Shown in pieces: positions 29,501 through 44,260 of a DNA stretch of 64,000 bases. The position numbers and the translations under genes are program-made. This stretch comes from Eledone cirrhosa (taxonomy: Eukaryota): NCBI GenBank assembly GCA_964016885.1, contig OZ024743.1:121024001-121088000 (forward strand), written 5' to 3'. The notes under the pieces were generated by a model that saw nothing but the letters and a program-made list of their open reading frames with translations, was not told the origin of the DNA and did not search any database. Positions within the stretch are counted from its first letter, which is position 1, and each line of letters opens with the position of its first letter.

Positions 29501-31199
29501 ATTTAATTTACTAATTATAAAACATAAAGGATTATCGAATAAAATATGCAAGGTGGTTTTCATAATAGAAATTATAAATAACAAACGAGGTGTAAACAAA
29601 ATTGTAAAGGGATATAATTTCGAATACCAAAATACTAGAACTTTGTGTGCACTACATGAGTATAAAGTATTGTTACACTGACTACAACGTGTCCTTGTTT
29701 TGAGAAAAGTACGGCTATCCCCTACTGTAGTGTAATACTAAAATATCCAGCGCAAAAGGACTGGAAAATGTCAGTGAGCAAATAATTAGAAGAGAAAAAT
29801 GCAATTAACTTTCAGCTAATGAAATATCAGTAGATATAAAAATACAAATAGCTGCACATTTACCTTGATTGGTATTGTCGAGTTCTACTCGTCGATTCTA
29901 TGGATTGAATTCTTACAGTCTACATGAGAAGTGACGTACAATTTTGTTAGTTTTATTGAGGATGTGGGTATCGATATCACACAAGCCAGAACACAGCTGC
30001 TTTTAAAGATACATGGGTAAAGGATACAAGTGATTCATTTTGTGCCACGTTGTGTGTCTTAGGTCGAGCTGAGATGTGTAATAGAGCTGGATTATTTATT
30101 CTTAATATTTTTATTTTATATTTCATAGTTCGGACAACAGGCATGCATAAGGATATTGATATAGTTATTTCAAACAATGTAAGCATACACAAAGTTGATG
30201 GAATAAGATTATTAGTACCATTAAGGAATTGGACTTAATCTCACTGTAATTTCTAATATCACATTATTCGATATCCTAGATGTAAGCATATATCTGAATC
30301 TAATAAATACAATCCATACACACACACCAAAATGAAAATAAAATGATATCGACTGAAACTCCAATCATTAATCCTCGCTGTTTAAGCAATGCTAGTAGAA
30401 AAGATCCCCAAACCAGTGTGTCGTCAGTCAAGGGAAAGTTTAAGAGATGTGCAACATGCTTGTAGTGATGGTGAATGGTGTATTCCACAAACTGATTAAA
30501 TTTACTGCCGAACTTGAACCATCTCCAACTACTGGAAAGAAACATAATGGCATTAACGGATCTAATCCTACGTTCAGTCAAATATGCAACTGAAAGTTAC
30601 CAAAAATGTCTTAAATTTGATCGAGAATCATTTCTCGATATGTAATAGATATTCAATATTTCCTATCGAGAAAGCATAACAATTATTTATTATAGGTTTT
30701 CGAAAATATGCAAACATCATCACTTGTAATAAATTCTCTAAATGTCATCAAATGATTATAATTGTATGTGTATAGTCAGAAATGAAGGCGGATGACTCAG
30801 TTGATAGAGCATCAGGCTTACAATTTACGTTGTGTTCATGAACAGGAGACTTAATTTTCCAGTTATATATATATATATATATGAGAGTGTGTTGAAGTTT
30901 GCTTGAAGCATTGAGGAGTAATAACAATAGTCGTTTTGCAATGCAGATGGGTAAATCTCTGGGTAACAGAATCAGGTGATAATGAGAGAGAGAGATGCAA
31001 GAGGAAGCATAGAAAGAGATATAGAGAGCGTAAAGGAAAGTAGGAAAAAGCGTAAAAATAATAACACAAGATAAATTTACCTAGGAAGTGATTTGATAGT
31101 CCCTATATTTCAGATTTCGCATCCATCAACTTAGGGTTTTCCGAGGAGAAAAGTTGTCGGAGAGTGACAACATGTGGCCTCCGATGTTTACTGTGTGCG

Positions 31200-31259
<60 letters not shown>

Positions 31260-31288
31260 GATGGCTACCCCCTCGTTATCGAATATGG

Positions 31289-31371
<83 letters not shown>

Positions 31372-31399
31372 AAGAAAAAGGTCGTAATCAGGTAGACCT

Positions 31400-32225
31400 G
31401 ATTCATACACATAAGTGTGCATTAAGATATATCAAAGTTTAAGACTATTAAATTTAATAAGATACTCAATGAATTATGTAATCTTACATTCAGTGTAGAT
31501 TATCTCTAGTCTTAAGCTTTGATATATCTTAATGCACACTTATGTGTGTAAGAATATATTTCATTCACTTTCTGATAATGATTGAAGCTCGATTTTATTC
31601 TCTAAATTCTATCTCGAGCAGTTTTTAGAGACAAGACATATGTTTGATATATTTGATTTTGTACCATTCATGACACCCTTTGAACGTAATAATAATATGT
31701 CTGCTCCTTATTTTGTCGAGAGGTTGGACTGCTATTTCTAGTGGACGAGAACCCTTCATGTCGCTGTGAGTGCTAAATTCTTGTATTGATATCATGTGCC
31801 ATTAGCCACTTTCAACCCTGTATTGAGTGAGATTAGGTGATTTTGAAATTCCCTCACTGATGATCCGTTTCAAAATACCTAATTTCACCGTTATTTGGTG
31901 AAAAGTATTCTAATTTTGTGGAGAATATATATAAGGGAAATATATTGATCGTTATCAGGTATTTTGTTTTTATTTTTTATTAAATTTAATAAGATACTCA
32001 ACGAATTATGTAATCTTACTTTCAGTGCAGATTGTCTCTGGTCTTAAGCTTTGATATATCTTAATGCACACTTATGTGTGAATGAATATATTTCATTCAC
32101 TTTCTTATAATGATTAAGGCGCGATTTTATTCTCTGAATTCTATCTTGAGCTGTTTTTAGAGACAAGACATATGTTCTATATATTTGATTTTGTATCACT
32201 CATGACACCCTTTACTTTGAACGTA
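31400..32225. repeat. Short inverted segment plus partial tandem (period ~531 nt), pLTR-like architecture
   Basis: TATTAAATTTAATAAGATACTCAA at 31446 and 31978; 31402-31446 is the reverse complement of about 31509-31550. Confidence 0.8.
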
Positions 32226-32409
32226 ATATTAATAATAATAATAATATATATAATATTAAAGATACTATTTATAGTTAGGTATATTTTAAACTTTTTATAG
32301 TTATGTATATTTTAAACTATAAACAGGGAAGGTCAGTAATTTATTACTACCTTATTACCAGTAAGATAAATAGCTCAATGTAAGAACATCAGTTGTTCTA
32401 CAGAGCAGT

Positions 32410-32440
<31 letters not shown>

Positions 32441-35400
32441 GGGGGGGGTGATAAAAGACCCACGTTGCTAACCCGCTATTAAATAGGAATAAAAACAAGG
32501 GGATGCATAATACGAGGACAACGGCAAAAAGGAGAAACTGACAGTTTCTTCTCTTCAATCAACTTGCATTAAAGTTGGGACTATTCATTCCAGAGCACAT
32601 GGGACCGTAACAGAATACACTGGAGGACATAGGGAAATGTGTGCCTTTTGAAGAATTATACAAATAAAAAAACCCAAATGCTACAAAGCACTGTGTTTCA
32701 ACTGAAAAAGAATAAATAAAAACTCGATGCACAATAGCTTAACCAAGAATATAAAAACGAAAATGAATAGTTTGGACTGTAGTCCTTCCAAGGGAGGGAA
32801 AGGACGGGTGGCAACTCCTCCTGTCGCTGAGTGAAATGGGGCGTGTATAAACAGTCAAATATTCAGGAAGTGGAGGGAAGACGAATATGTAGAGACAGAA
32901 GGAAGAAAGAGTGGAAGAGAAAGAGAGAGAAAAATAGAAGCATAGGAAAGGAAGGAAGGAAGGAAGGTTGCAGGTAATGTAATATTTATTTTTGTGTTAA
33001 AAAGAGCTGCGTGGTTAAGACCATATCTAATAGCTCACTTTTGTTTTGTGCGCCCACGTTTTTATTTTACTTTAACTTTCTTCGTCCTTTTACTTCACTT
33101 CATCAACTTCAACAAACCAAAATATTCATATCTCTGACATTTCTTCAGTAGAGGTTTTCTGGTATTTGTTGTTTAACTCCCCAGATCAACGTTCATCGAT
33201 CTGATTAATAGCACGTAGTCGTCACATGGTTTAAATAGGCTGTTGTTTGAATTATTATGTGAAATACACGGATTCATTCACCAAATATATTAAGACTTTG
33301 TCTAGTTGAAGACCATACTCTGAAATGTGGGATGTTGTGCTTTATTGTATAGAATACATTGTGGCATTCTAGTTATATTGATTTTTCTTCCTCTAACCTA
33401 CCCGCAATGCGATTATATTACCTGATATTCCTAGAAGAGCAAGCCGTTAAAAATGATACATTTCTCAATACGGAATCTAACATATTATAAGAAAATTCAC
33501 CAGATACTATCAGATAGTCCAATAAATCCACTATCGGTAATTCGAGTGAAGTCTACATCAGTGCAATAAACATATAGCCAGATTAAGTCACGAACAAAAA
33601 CAAACAGAGAAAATATACAACGGAAACAACAAACAAGAGCACAACGTGAAAATAACAATACTGTAAAGAAAGGTAAAGGAAGGGAAAAATCCGAGGTTTC
33701 ATGCAATTAACTTTTCTCAAGATAAAACAGAGAAAGAACAATTGCTTTGAAGAAAAAAGTAATGAAGTATGCTGTAATGTCAGACAGAATGAAAGGAGAG
33801 TGGGATAGACTCTACACACTTCCTGTATGATATTCCAGTATACTTCATTCTAAATGTACTATTTTCCTTTTTATTTTTTATTTCTTCTCTTTTCCCCAAA
33901 GAATAATAGATATTTATCCGAAACGTTAATTTCTCCTACTTCCTTTCATAATATAATTACATTGACTTTGAGTAAGTTTCTATTGTTTCTCGTCTTTTGC
34001 TTCATCTACCACTGTCGTGGGTATCAAATAATCAAGTCATTTCACCCTTTTCTAGCAAGGTTTTTATGCCATCCATGTAGTTGATTGTTCCCTTAATTAT
34101 CTATAGATATTCAATCCACCATTATTCAAACTCAGGATTTTTTTATATACCTTTTCTATTTCCATGATCAGGAATGCCCCATCATCTATCATTGACGTTA
34201 TTACTTTCTGCTTTTTCGATAAAAGTCTGATATAACTGCAATTGCTTACTTCAGTCCGATTTAATGTAGTCCGTGGAGATTTTTATATACATTTTATATA
34301 GATTTTATATACATCTTTCACAAAGTGTGTATGATATTTTATATCATCCTTATTTGTTGTATTTGGTATACCTTTTTTATTTTGCTCCATTATGAGGTGC
34401 TTGTAGGGCATTGTAGGGCTTGTGTATATTCCATAATGTTGGCATTTCAGTGTACGAACACTATCATGCCTATTCTTCATGAAGTCTAATAATTGGTAGG
34501 CGAAAGCAATATGATATACGTTCTCACCCTCTAGTTATTCTGCAATCGCTTCTTGTATTTTGTAGTTTCTAATGAAAAAGCTTTAGTCAAAAACTCTTCA
34601 ATCTCAACTTGAGCATCCTGCACTTATCAGACTTACAGGGGCCTTATGGCTTATCCAATACTACTACTACTTTTTTCATTCAGACATTATTCTCTTAACC
34701 ATTTTCTTACTATTTCTAATGAAATACACTGCCTACAGATTTGAATTAATTTTCGGAATAACCAAATATGTGGAGGACTTTAATAAAGTTAACTAAGCTT
34801 TCCATTAGTGAACTAAGATTTAAAACATTTCTCAACAAATATTTCTAAAATAGAATTATGATGTCAGGTTTTAATATAAAAAAGAGCAGTTTTGTGTCGT
34901 AAATCCACGATGGTTTAGGTGGATTGGTATCAAAAGGGCTAATATTTTCTGTTATTGTATATCTATTACTCTCATTTCTGTCTGTTACTTTAGCATCAGT
35001 TTTAAATGTTGATCGAAGTCTCCAGCTCTAACAAAATTACGACCTAAATGGACACGTTTCTTTAGTTTTGGTATATATGTTTCTAGAAGCGTATAGTTGA
35101 AAAGTAATGGTCCTGTCTCCAGTTAGATGTAGTTGAGATGTTTGTCGAAACCAGATTTATTCATCCCATGATGTGTTCTCGTTTAGTTGTGTTATATTTA
35201 TTGATTTAATTCTCTTTCTTTTCTTAATATGAAATAATCGTGCTTTATAGTGTGAAGATGTGGTTAATACAAATATTTATGTTAAATATTTTGATGACAT
35301 GATATAATGAGTGTAACTAGTAACAGTGATTCATTGCTTATAGGAAGCTAATTCGAAGACCACACAAATTACAAGTAATTTCTTACTGAAACAAACTTCA

Positions 35401-36903
35401 AACTACATAGCCATTGCTATAAGACTCTCAATAACTTGCTAACACGGAAACATCTACAATGTTCCAGAACACTACTCCAAAATACTATTTTACCTACACA
35501 GTCAGGACGAACATAAAACGACAGGCACAAACAAAAATAATAGCATTAATCTTAAACACAGTTAAATGATGCACGCCACAAGATGTAGGTGCAACGAATT
35601 GAGTGCGCATTCCAGTCACAAGTGTGGCTACCACCAAACTTACAGATATGCCAGAAAAAACTAGACAGAAGGGTATGTGTAGTATGCCCTGGATGTATCT
35701 ATACTCAGTGTATGATAAACAATTTGAAACACGATGTGCATAAATCAGTGTTTGAACAATTACTTACTGACCATACATTTGTGTGATGGAGAGCCCAAGA
35801 CCAATAAATATTAATACACATTTTAGAAAAGACAGCCTAGGCAATGAAATTGAGATTCAATATACTGCTGGTTGTTTTAGGTATCTACAATTGAGTCTTT
35901 GTATATAGAATTTGAACACACGACTCAGCTCCCCTGTTTTTGTTATACACCGCCCTTATATAAGTAAGCGATATCAGAAATAAGACACTCTTTCAGATAC
36001 ATGAGTCGTGATATAATGACTCTTTTCAAATCTTAGTTGACATAATTTCTCATTTTTGTGTTAGTGATTTTCTTTTAATAACCATGTAGATAATAACTTT
36101 TAGACCACTCTCACCTAAATACATAATATACCTATAATACAGTCAGTTACTAGAGGATACCGTTGAGTTATATCGATTTTTTTAAAACAGAATGTCTACT
36201 TAAAGAAGCTTCATATATTTGATGAACGAATGACAATGTACAACAACTGCGTTAGGAATTTCTTATTATAGCTTCATTCAGTGCTATTCCGACATTGGAT
36301 AAATGCTGCAACAACATTTAAACTGCTGCAGTGGAGATAGTGGTGGTGCTTCTAATACTTGTACCAACACTGCTACTTCTCTTACTGCTACTAGCACTAC
36401 TGTTGCTGCGGTTGTAAGGAATGAAGAATATTTCTTTCTCAACAGCTTCTACAAAGAATCATAAATATAAATATAACTATAGTAAATATAAGTTAACAAA
36501 ATTTTAGAAGTTGAGGTCTATTGCCTGAATAGAAAATGAAATAGATTTATTTAAAATAGAAAAAGACGTAGACTAGCTTTAATAAACATTTCACTCCATC
36601 TGCAGCTGATAAATATATGTCTATTTATAAAACAAAATTCTTATACTCGATATCTATCGCAAATTCAAAGCGTATTTCTATACATATTCTTATAAAAAGT
36701 GATGAAAATAGAATGTTGTTTGCCAATGGATGTAATAGAAGCTATAGAAAACCACTACATATGGTTATGTGTGTATATATATATATTTATATATATATGT
36801 GGGGGGGGGGGGTGTATGTGTGTGTGTGCGCGTGTGTATGTGTATCTCTATATATATATATACATATATATATATTATATATACATATATATATATATAT
36901 ATG

Positions 36904-36956
<53 letters not shown>

Positions 36957-36957
36957 T

Positions 36958-37029
<72 letters not shown>

Positions 37030-37601
37030 ATGTGTGCGTATATGTGTGTGTATATATCTATATCTATCTATCTATCTCTCTATCTCTCTCTCTCTCTCAC
37101 ACTCTCTCTCTCACTCTCTCTCTCTCTCTATATATATATAGGAAAAGTATGACCCCGACGGCAGAGGTCAAGCCGTTTCGACGGCTATTTCTGGACTAAA
37201 TTAGAATTTTTAGCCTGGTGAATAAATAGCCGAACTTTTAAAGGGGGTACTTCCTTATATGGGAAGATTGTAGTTGTCAAGAGGATTGGTTAAAATTTGT
37301 TGTAAACACAAATAAGTCTATCATGGCATTTGGTGGGAGGTAGGGGTGGCTGAACTTGCCTGTAGAAAAATAGGGCAGTGATAGGAGCGGTCAAGCGTTG
37401 AAAATGATATTTTATACAGCAGATTCTGAGGATAGAGTATGAAGTGGAGGAGGGAGGTTATAGGTAAATCTAATAAGAGTAGGAGACAAAAAAAGATATT
37501 AGAAATAAAAAAAAATATATATATAAAATTAGATAGTGAGAAATGAATAAAAAAAATCACAATGCTATCTTACAATTACAGGTTAATAAGTTGAGAAGTA
37601 C

Positions 37602-38594
37602 TTCGAAAATGATCTGTACTACCCATACAGGAAACCAAACGACAACCTGCACTACATCCACCGCCGCTCTAACCATCCTAGAAACATCACCAATAACCTG
37701 GTTAAAAACATCTCCTTCCGCATATCTCGTTTGTCCGCTAATGAGCATATATTCGACGAACACGCGCCTCATTACAACCAGGCCCTCGAGCGGGGTGGCT
37801 TCCGGGAGGAAATATCCTTTTATCCAGCTCCCCTTAGCGGATCCTGCAGGCGACACCGCTGCTCACGCAACGCAACGTGGTTCAATCCTTCCCATAATGC
37901 CGAGGTGGCAACACCTATCGGGAAACTCTTCTTTAGACTCTTCGAAAAATACTTTCCACTACAACACCGCTTCTACAACTTAATCAACAAAAACACCATC
38001 AAACTCTCCTACAGTACCACACCTAACTTCGCACAAAACATCGTCTCCTCAAACAACAAATAACTTAACCCCTATGGAGGAAATAACCTAGACATCAGTG
38101 GAGAGCCGACCAGGAGGTGTAACTGCCCTGATAGATCTACGTGCCCCCTCAACAACAAATGCCGAGAACGTAACGTGATCTACCAGTGCAACGTGAGGAC
38201 GGACACCTCCAACAAAGCTTATATAGGATTAATCGCGTGTGACTTCAAGATTCAGCTCTACCAACACCGACATACTTTCCGAAACCCGGTCCAGCGACAT
38301 GCCACTACACTTTCGGGACACATCTGGGACCTCCAAGATAATAATATAACCTACAATCTCACTTGGAGCTTACTGTCCAAAGCTAACTCTTACACGGGAG
38401 GACGCCGTCCGTGTAACTTATGCTCGGAGGAAACATTAAAAATGCTGTTTTCGAAGGAAACATTACAAATGCTGTTTTCGAAGGACCAACTCCTAATTAA
38501 GAAAGAGCAACTGGTAACCGCATGCAAACAATTGCGTATGACTTACCTCGCCCTCAAACCCCATAACGACCGGGAGAGAGGGGACAAGGGCTGA
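37602..38594 (+). pseudogene. PLE RT thumb plus C-terminal GIY-YIG endonuclease; one frame with one premature TAA (38061-38063)
   Basis: YRKPNDNLHYIHRRSNHP; CNCPDRSTCPLNNKC; VIYQC...YIGL; HRHTF; TLSGHIWDL; CNLCSEE; 27-nt tandem duplication (ETL.MLFSK twice). Confidence 0.92.
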
Positions 38595-39257
38595 TACCCC
38601 CCTACTTGCTGAATAAGTTAGGGGAAACCCCAGCTTACTTAGGTAGATGTATCTCTTATCTTTTCCTCTTTGTCTTCTCCCTCTTGTCTCATCCTATCAC
38701 TTCCTTCCACCCCCTATTTTCTTCCTCGTCTGCTTTTCCACTTCGCCTACCCCGATGCACCCCATCAAGCCTCTGTAGCATCAGTTCCCCCACCCCTGTA
38801 ATATTAAGATTGAAATGGCCGAATACGTTTTACTAACTACTTATAGCAGACGTGTTAAACCCCTTTAATTCGGTATCAGTTCTGGTACTACTCAATTTCT
38901 ACAAGTTGTTTCTATTCTCAACTTATTAACCTGTAATTGTAAGATAGCATTGTGATTTTTTTTATTCATTTCTCACTATCTAATTTTATATATTTTTTTA
39001 TTTCTTTCTATTATCTTTTATTGTTTCCTACTCTCATTCGATTTACCTATTTTATAACCTCCCCCCTCTACTTCATACAGAATCTACTGTATACATATCA
39101 CTTTCAACGCTTGACCGCTCCTGTCACTTCTCTATTGTTCTACAGGCAAGTTCAGCCACCCCTACCACCCACCAAACGCCATGATAGACTTATTTGTGTT
39201 TACACAAATTTTAACCAATCCTCTTGACAGCTACAATCTTCCAATATAAGGAAGTAC

Positions 39258-39352
39258 TCCCTTGAAAAGTTCGGCTATTTATTCACCAGGCTAAACATTC
39301 TAATTTAGTCCAGAAATAGCCGTCGAAACGGCTTGAGCTCTGCCGTCGGGGT
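39258..39352 (+). ncRNA. Type I hammerhead, U3-A8 variant, in the PLE 3' pLTR
   Basis: TCCC-TTGAAAA-G TT CGGCTATTT...AAATAGCCG TC-GAAA-CGGC TTGAGCTCT GCCG-TC-GGGG. Confidence 0.8.
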
Positions 39353-39761
39353 CATACTTTTTCCTAGTTCCCACGATACTACTCTAAGTATTGAGTACTC
39401 TGGTGCGTTATGGTCCATCTGGTTCCTTACCACAATTCCTTTTTTTTATGTGGGCTGACAGTAAATGATTAAGGAACTGCAGAAACCCAAAAAGCTAGAA
39501 TTTAACATCCTTCTAGCGGGTCCGGTGAGTTTTTACATTCATTTAATTTATTAATTTATTAATTTATTATTGGAGTGACCCGAATTTTCCTGGTCGTTTT
39601 TTTTTCGGGTGTGCGAATGATTTTAGGCATCGTCTCTATGTGTTGGTACTTTAACGATAGTTATAGCTCTGGTTCATCCAAACTATTGAGCCCTCTGCCA
39701 CACATGTCGAAGATTGTTTATCGTTATTTCGTGGGCCGAGATTCTGATTCTCGATTATTTA

Positions 39762-39828
<67 letters not shown>

Positions 39829-39876
39829 ATATGTATATATATATGTATATATGTATGCATATGTGTATGTATATAG

Positions 39877-40038
39877 GAATATGGACACACTAGAAGTGGA
39901 AGACCAAGGTTACCGTATGTTGATACCCTAAGGACAGACACTGGTCTGTTGGAGACGCAGGACATGGCACCGATAATGATGGACAGAGACCGCTGGAGAG
40001 AACTCGTCCATGGATCTCGGGAATTTTACCCGCCTTAG
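39877..40038 (+). pseudogene. RTE LINE C-terminal remnant
   Basis: [53 protein letters not shown]. Confidence 0.75.
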
Positions 40039-40536
<498 letters not shown>

Positions 40537-40542
<6 letters not shown>

Positions 40543-40862
40543 TGCCCCCTCGTTATCGAGTATGGCCATTGCACGTTATACCATTATTAATTAATTCTAT
40601 CGTGCAGAAGATATTTTTTAAAGTGAGGAAAGACTGTGCACTGAGCCAATCCCACTCTCTGAGCGACAGTAGCTATAACACGGAAAGAAGAAACGATCAA
40701 CATCATCCGTAACTACTGAGCCGCAGGTTATATCAGAGTTATTCCAGTTTCCTGAGTTGCCTTCTCCTAGAAGAATGCCCTGACAAAGGCTAGGGGTCCT
40801 TCACTCCCAGTGCTTTAACCCCGCGATCGGGTGTCCAGCCGACTATTTCAATGTCCCCGCGG
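40537..40862 (-). mobile_element. Second bipartite RTE-derived family (3' fragments also at 31259-31292 and 59925-60055)
   Basis: Minus strand GACCCCTAGCCTTTGTCAGGGCA..CTAGGAGAAGGCAACTC..CTGATATAA and tail GGCCATACTCGATAACGAGGGGGCAGCCATCAT parallel the 17632-18027 element. Confidence 0.7.
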
Positions 40863-41042
40863 ATATACATACACATGCACCCATGTATATACACATATAC
40901 ATACATATTTACACACTTTTGGATGGCCGTTGACTCTTATGAGTTCTTCCGCCCTTTATCAGGTTTTGCTTTTTGTCCTGGAGAGTGTCCTAAATCACTC
41001 TCCTCGCCAAGTAAACTTGGTGGGGTTGCCGGTTTAGTCGTC

Positions 41043-41123
<81 letters not shown>

Positions 41124-41318
41124 TATAGAGAGATATATAGAGAGATATAGATATATACACACACATATATATATATGTATACATATAAGAATATTTATTA
41201 AAATTCACACAAAATATTCATACACACACATACACGCACACATATACATACATACATACATACATACATACATACATACATACGTATTTTGTGTGAATTT
41301 TAAGCGAATATACATATA

Positions 41319-41373
<55 letters not shown>

Positions 41374-41382
41374 ATGTGTATA

Positions 41383-41449
<67 letters not shown>

Positions 41450-41453
<4 letters not shown>

Positions 41454-41905
41454 AATGAATAATAACAGGTAGACATCATAAAAAGGTAATTTATTCCGTG
41501 TGCTTACAAGTCTTTCCACGGTGGTACTGCAGCCTAGTTATGCTACGTGCAAATTAACAAGTACTTGCAGAACTCGAATATCCAATGCTGTGACCATTCT
41601 GCTCTGAGGAAACAGTGGTCACAGCATTGGATATTCGAGTTCTGCAAGTACTTGTTAATTTGCACGTAGCATAACTAGGCTGCAGTACCACCGTGGAAAC
41701 ACTTGTAAGCACACGGAATAAATTACCTTTTTATGATGTCTACCTGTTATTATTCATTCTTTATATACACTCCGGAATACTGAAGGATCAGGAACTAAGT
41801 TTCTTGAACAATTCTTCCATAACTCGTAGAGTAACCTCTTACCGTACGTCAACCATATCCAGTGTGCTAATTAACCATTACTACATCTTGGATAATCCTA
41901 TACCT

Positions 41906-41906
<1 letters not shown>
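41450..41906 (+). mobile_element. Fold-back pLTR element (arms 41450-41596 / 41616-41762) in (TA)n
   Basis: Near-perfect ~147-bp inverted repeat with the HHR core in the spacer. Confidence 0.9.
41600..41711 (+). ncRNA. Type I hammerhead, canonical core
   Basis: TGCT-CTGAGGA-AACAGTGGT...ACCACCGTG-GAAA-CACTTG-TA-AGCA, followed by AATAAA. Confidence 0.75.
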
Positions 41907-41940
<34 letters not shown>

Positions 41941-42047
41941 ATGTGTTTGTGTGAAATAACAACCCAACCAGGAACTGGGCATATCAGAGTATTGACAAAG
42001 TTATACACCTCAACAACATGTGTACTCGTCTCTACCACACTAAGTCG

Positions 42048-42104
42048 TACTGCCTGAAGAGGTCCCAGCCAAAGATGGCTGTCACTGAAATATATATAAC
42101 AGTA
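42048..42104 (+). ncRNA. Minimal type I hammerhead, canonical core
   Basis: ACTGC-CTGAAGA-GGT CC CAGCCA AAGA TGGCTG TC ACT-GAAA-TATATA-TA-ACAGT-AATAAA; one stem I mismatch next to the core. Confidence 0.75.
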
Positions 42105-42204
42105 ATAAATGAAACCAAATTTTAAACATTTGACTTATTTGTTTTATTTTATTTTATTTTATCTCTCTCTATATATATACAATATATATATATATACGCA
42201 CACA

Positions 42205-42260
<56 letters not shown>

Positions 42261-43518
42261 TGTATTTATTTAAATGGAAAAAATGAAATATCATTTCTCA
42301 CTCTTAGTACGGCGGATACTTAAATATAAGTATGTATACGTACATACATATATGTATACATACTACAGACGTAGTATGTATATACATACATACATGCACA
42401 CATATATATATGTACGTATGGGTTTACCGAACATTAATTATAATGCTCGATTTGTTTGTAAACAAACAGCCCGAATTATTATCCGTACAGTGTTCGGCAA
42501 CCATCGTTTTCCATTTATTCAACACTGACAAGGGAACGGTGAACTAGTTTCTTGGTTATTAGCTGTATTCAGCACCGTATACCTTCCTGTCAACCGATTG
42601 AACGTTTGAATGTATATACTTTCCTTATGCATATTAACAGCTGAGCAGCCTAATTTGCATATCGAGTGAGTTAGTCGGCCGGGTGTACCGAAAACGATAA
42701 ATGGAAAAAATGTATTTATTTAAAATTCACAGAATATATGTATATACACACACATATATATAACGTGCAACGTCGGTGATGAGAAGAAAAAGCATGTATA
42801 ATAACGCAACAACAATGTGTAGTTATTATGAAATACAATTTGAACAGTCTTCGACATTTCGAACTTATTCTGTTTTTATCTATGTGACAAGAGATAAATA
42901 TGATCTTATTGTGGCAGAGTTTATGCCTATTATGTGTATGTTTTTTGTATTCTTTGTGATTGTAGTGTATCCGTGTATGGGTATTTGAAAGTGGAATTTC
43001 TATGGGGCTAAGATTTGATTGTTTTTATTTACTGAATACATATATACGTAATATTGCTTGTTGTGTTTCTATATGCGTCTCTACTGATGTAAAGCTCTGG
43101 ACAGTGTATGTGATTGAGTGCATGCGAACATTTTTGTCGTGAGTGAATGAGTTAAGCTTTTGCAATAAGTATGTGTATAGTGGTGTTAGGAAAAGTGTGC
43201 ATGTATTAGGAGGTGGGGGATGTATCTATGCGTATATTTGTATTGTGAGGAATGTGTATGCATTGGTTAATTTTGTGATGATCAATGTGTGTATAACCAG
43301 TGTTATGGAAAACCTCTATGTATGTCTGCGTATGTTTTTACTGTATGCGTATAAATGTTTTTGCTGTATGTGTTGCTTAAATTTTATGTTTGAATATGTA
43401 TGTATGTGACACGTCTATGAGGTAATGTATATATCAAAGAAATGGGGACTGGAAATTGAGACCTTGAAGGCGGTGAAATTTCAGAGTAAAAGCTGAATTA
43501 TTGTTCAGAAAGAGTCTG

Positions 43519-43657
43519 AGTCCAGAAATAGTCGTCGAAACGGCTTGAGCTCTGCCGTCAGGGTCATACTTTTTCCTATTACCCACTCTACTACCCAGAG
43601 TATTGAGTACTCTGGTGCGTTATGGTCCATCTGGTTCCTTAACACAATCCTTCGTTA
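43519..43657 (+). mobile_element. 3' fragment of the 39308-39442 pLTR (HHR 3' half only)
   Basis: Near-identical sequence, ending in (TA)n. Confidence 0.88.
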
Positions 43658-43700
43658 TATATATATATATATATATATATTTATTAAAATAACAGATTAA

Positions 43701-43751
43701 AGTTTAAGCAAAGAATCGCTGCTTTCACCCTTAACGGGATCTTCTGAAACT
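43701..43751 (-). ncRNA. Type I hammerhead motif, U4A core
   Basis: Minus strand AGTTT-CAGAAGA-T CCC GTTAA GGG T-GAAA-GCA GCGATTCTT TGC-TT-AAACT. Confidence 0.65.
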
Positions 43752-43892
43752 AAAAAAACAATCTGTAGTTCCAGACTCTTTCTAATATAGTCACACTCTA
43801 CAATCCCAAGTATCGAGAGCTCTGTTGAATAATGATCTCATTAGTTTAATACAGGTTTATTCCTTATACACACACACACACACACACACACA

Positions 43893-44080
<188 letters not shown>

Positions 44081-44095
44081 CATATATACATATAT

Positions 44096-44139
<44 letters not shown>

Positions 44140-44143
<4 letters not shown>

Positions 44144-44216
44144 GTAAAAGTTTTATTTAAATTGTTTGGATACAACAAGCAAATATTAAAGTTTCCATTT
44201 GTTAATATCGTATATA

Positions 44217-44260
<44 letters not shown>

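Larger units (their letters stand above)
37141..39442 (+). mobile_element. 5'-truncated Penelope-like retroelement: inverted pLTR (37141-37597), ORF remnant, 3' pLTR (38915-39442)
   Basis: Inverted-pLTR architecture typical of PLEs; left end abuts a microsatellite; HHR in pLTR (degenerate core in the left copy). Confidence 0.92.

Noticed and set aside
32560-32760. Further GIY-YIG remnant (EYTGGHR)
   Set aside because: Only a few residues match; too degraded to call.
37602-38594. Selenocysteine recoding, as reported for some Naiad PLEs
   Set aside because: The conserved Cys codons are TGT/TGC, and the only internal stop is TAA at a non-Cys position.
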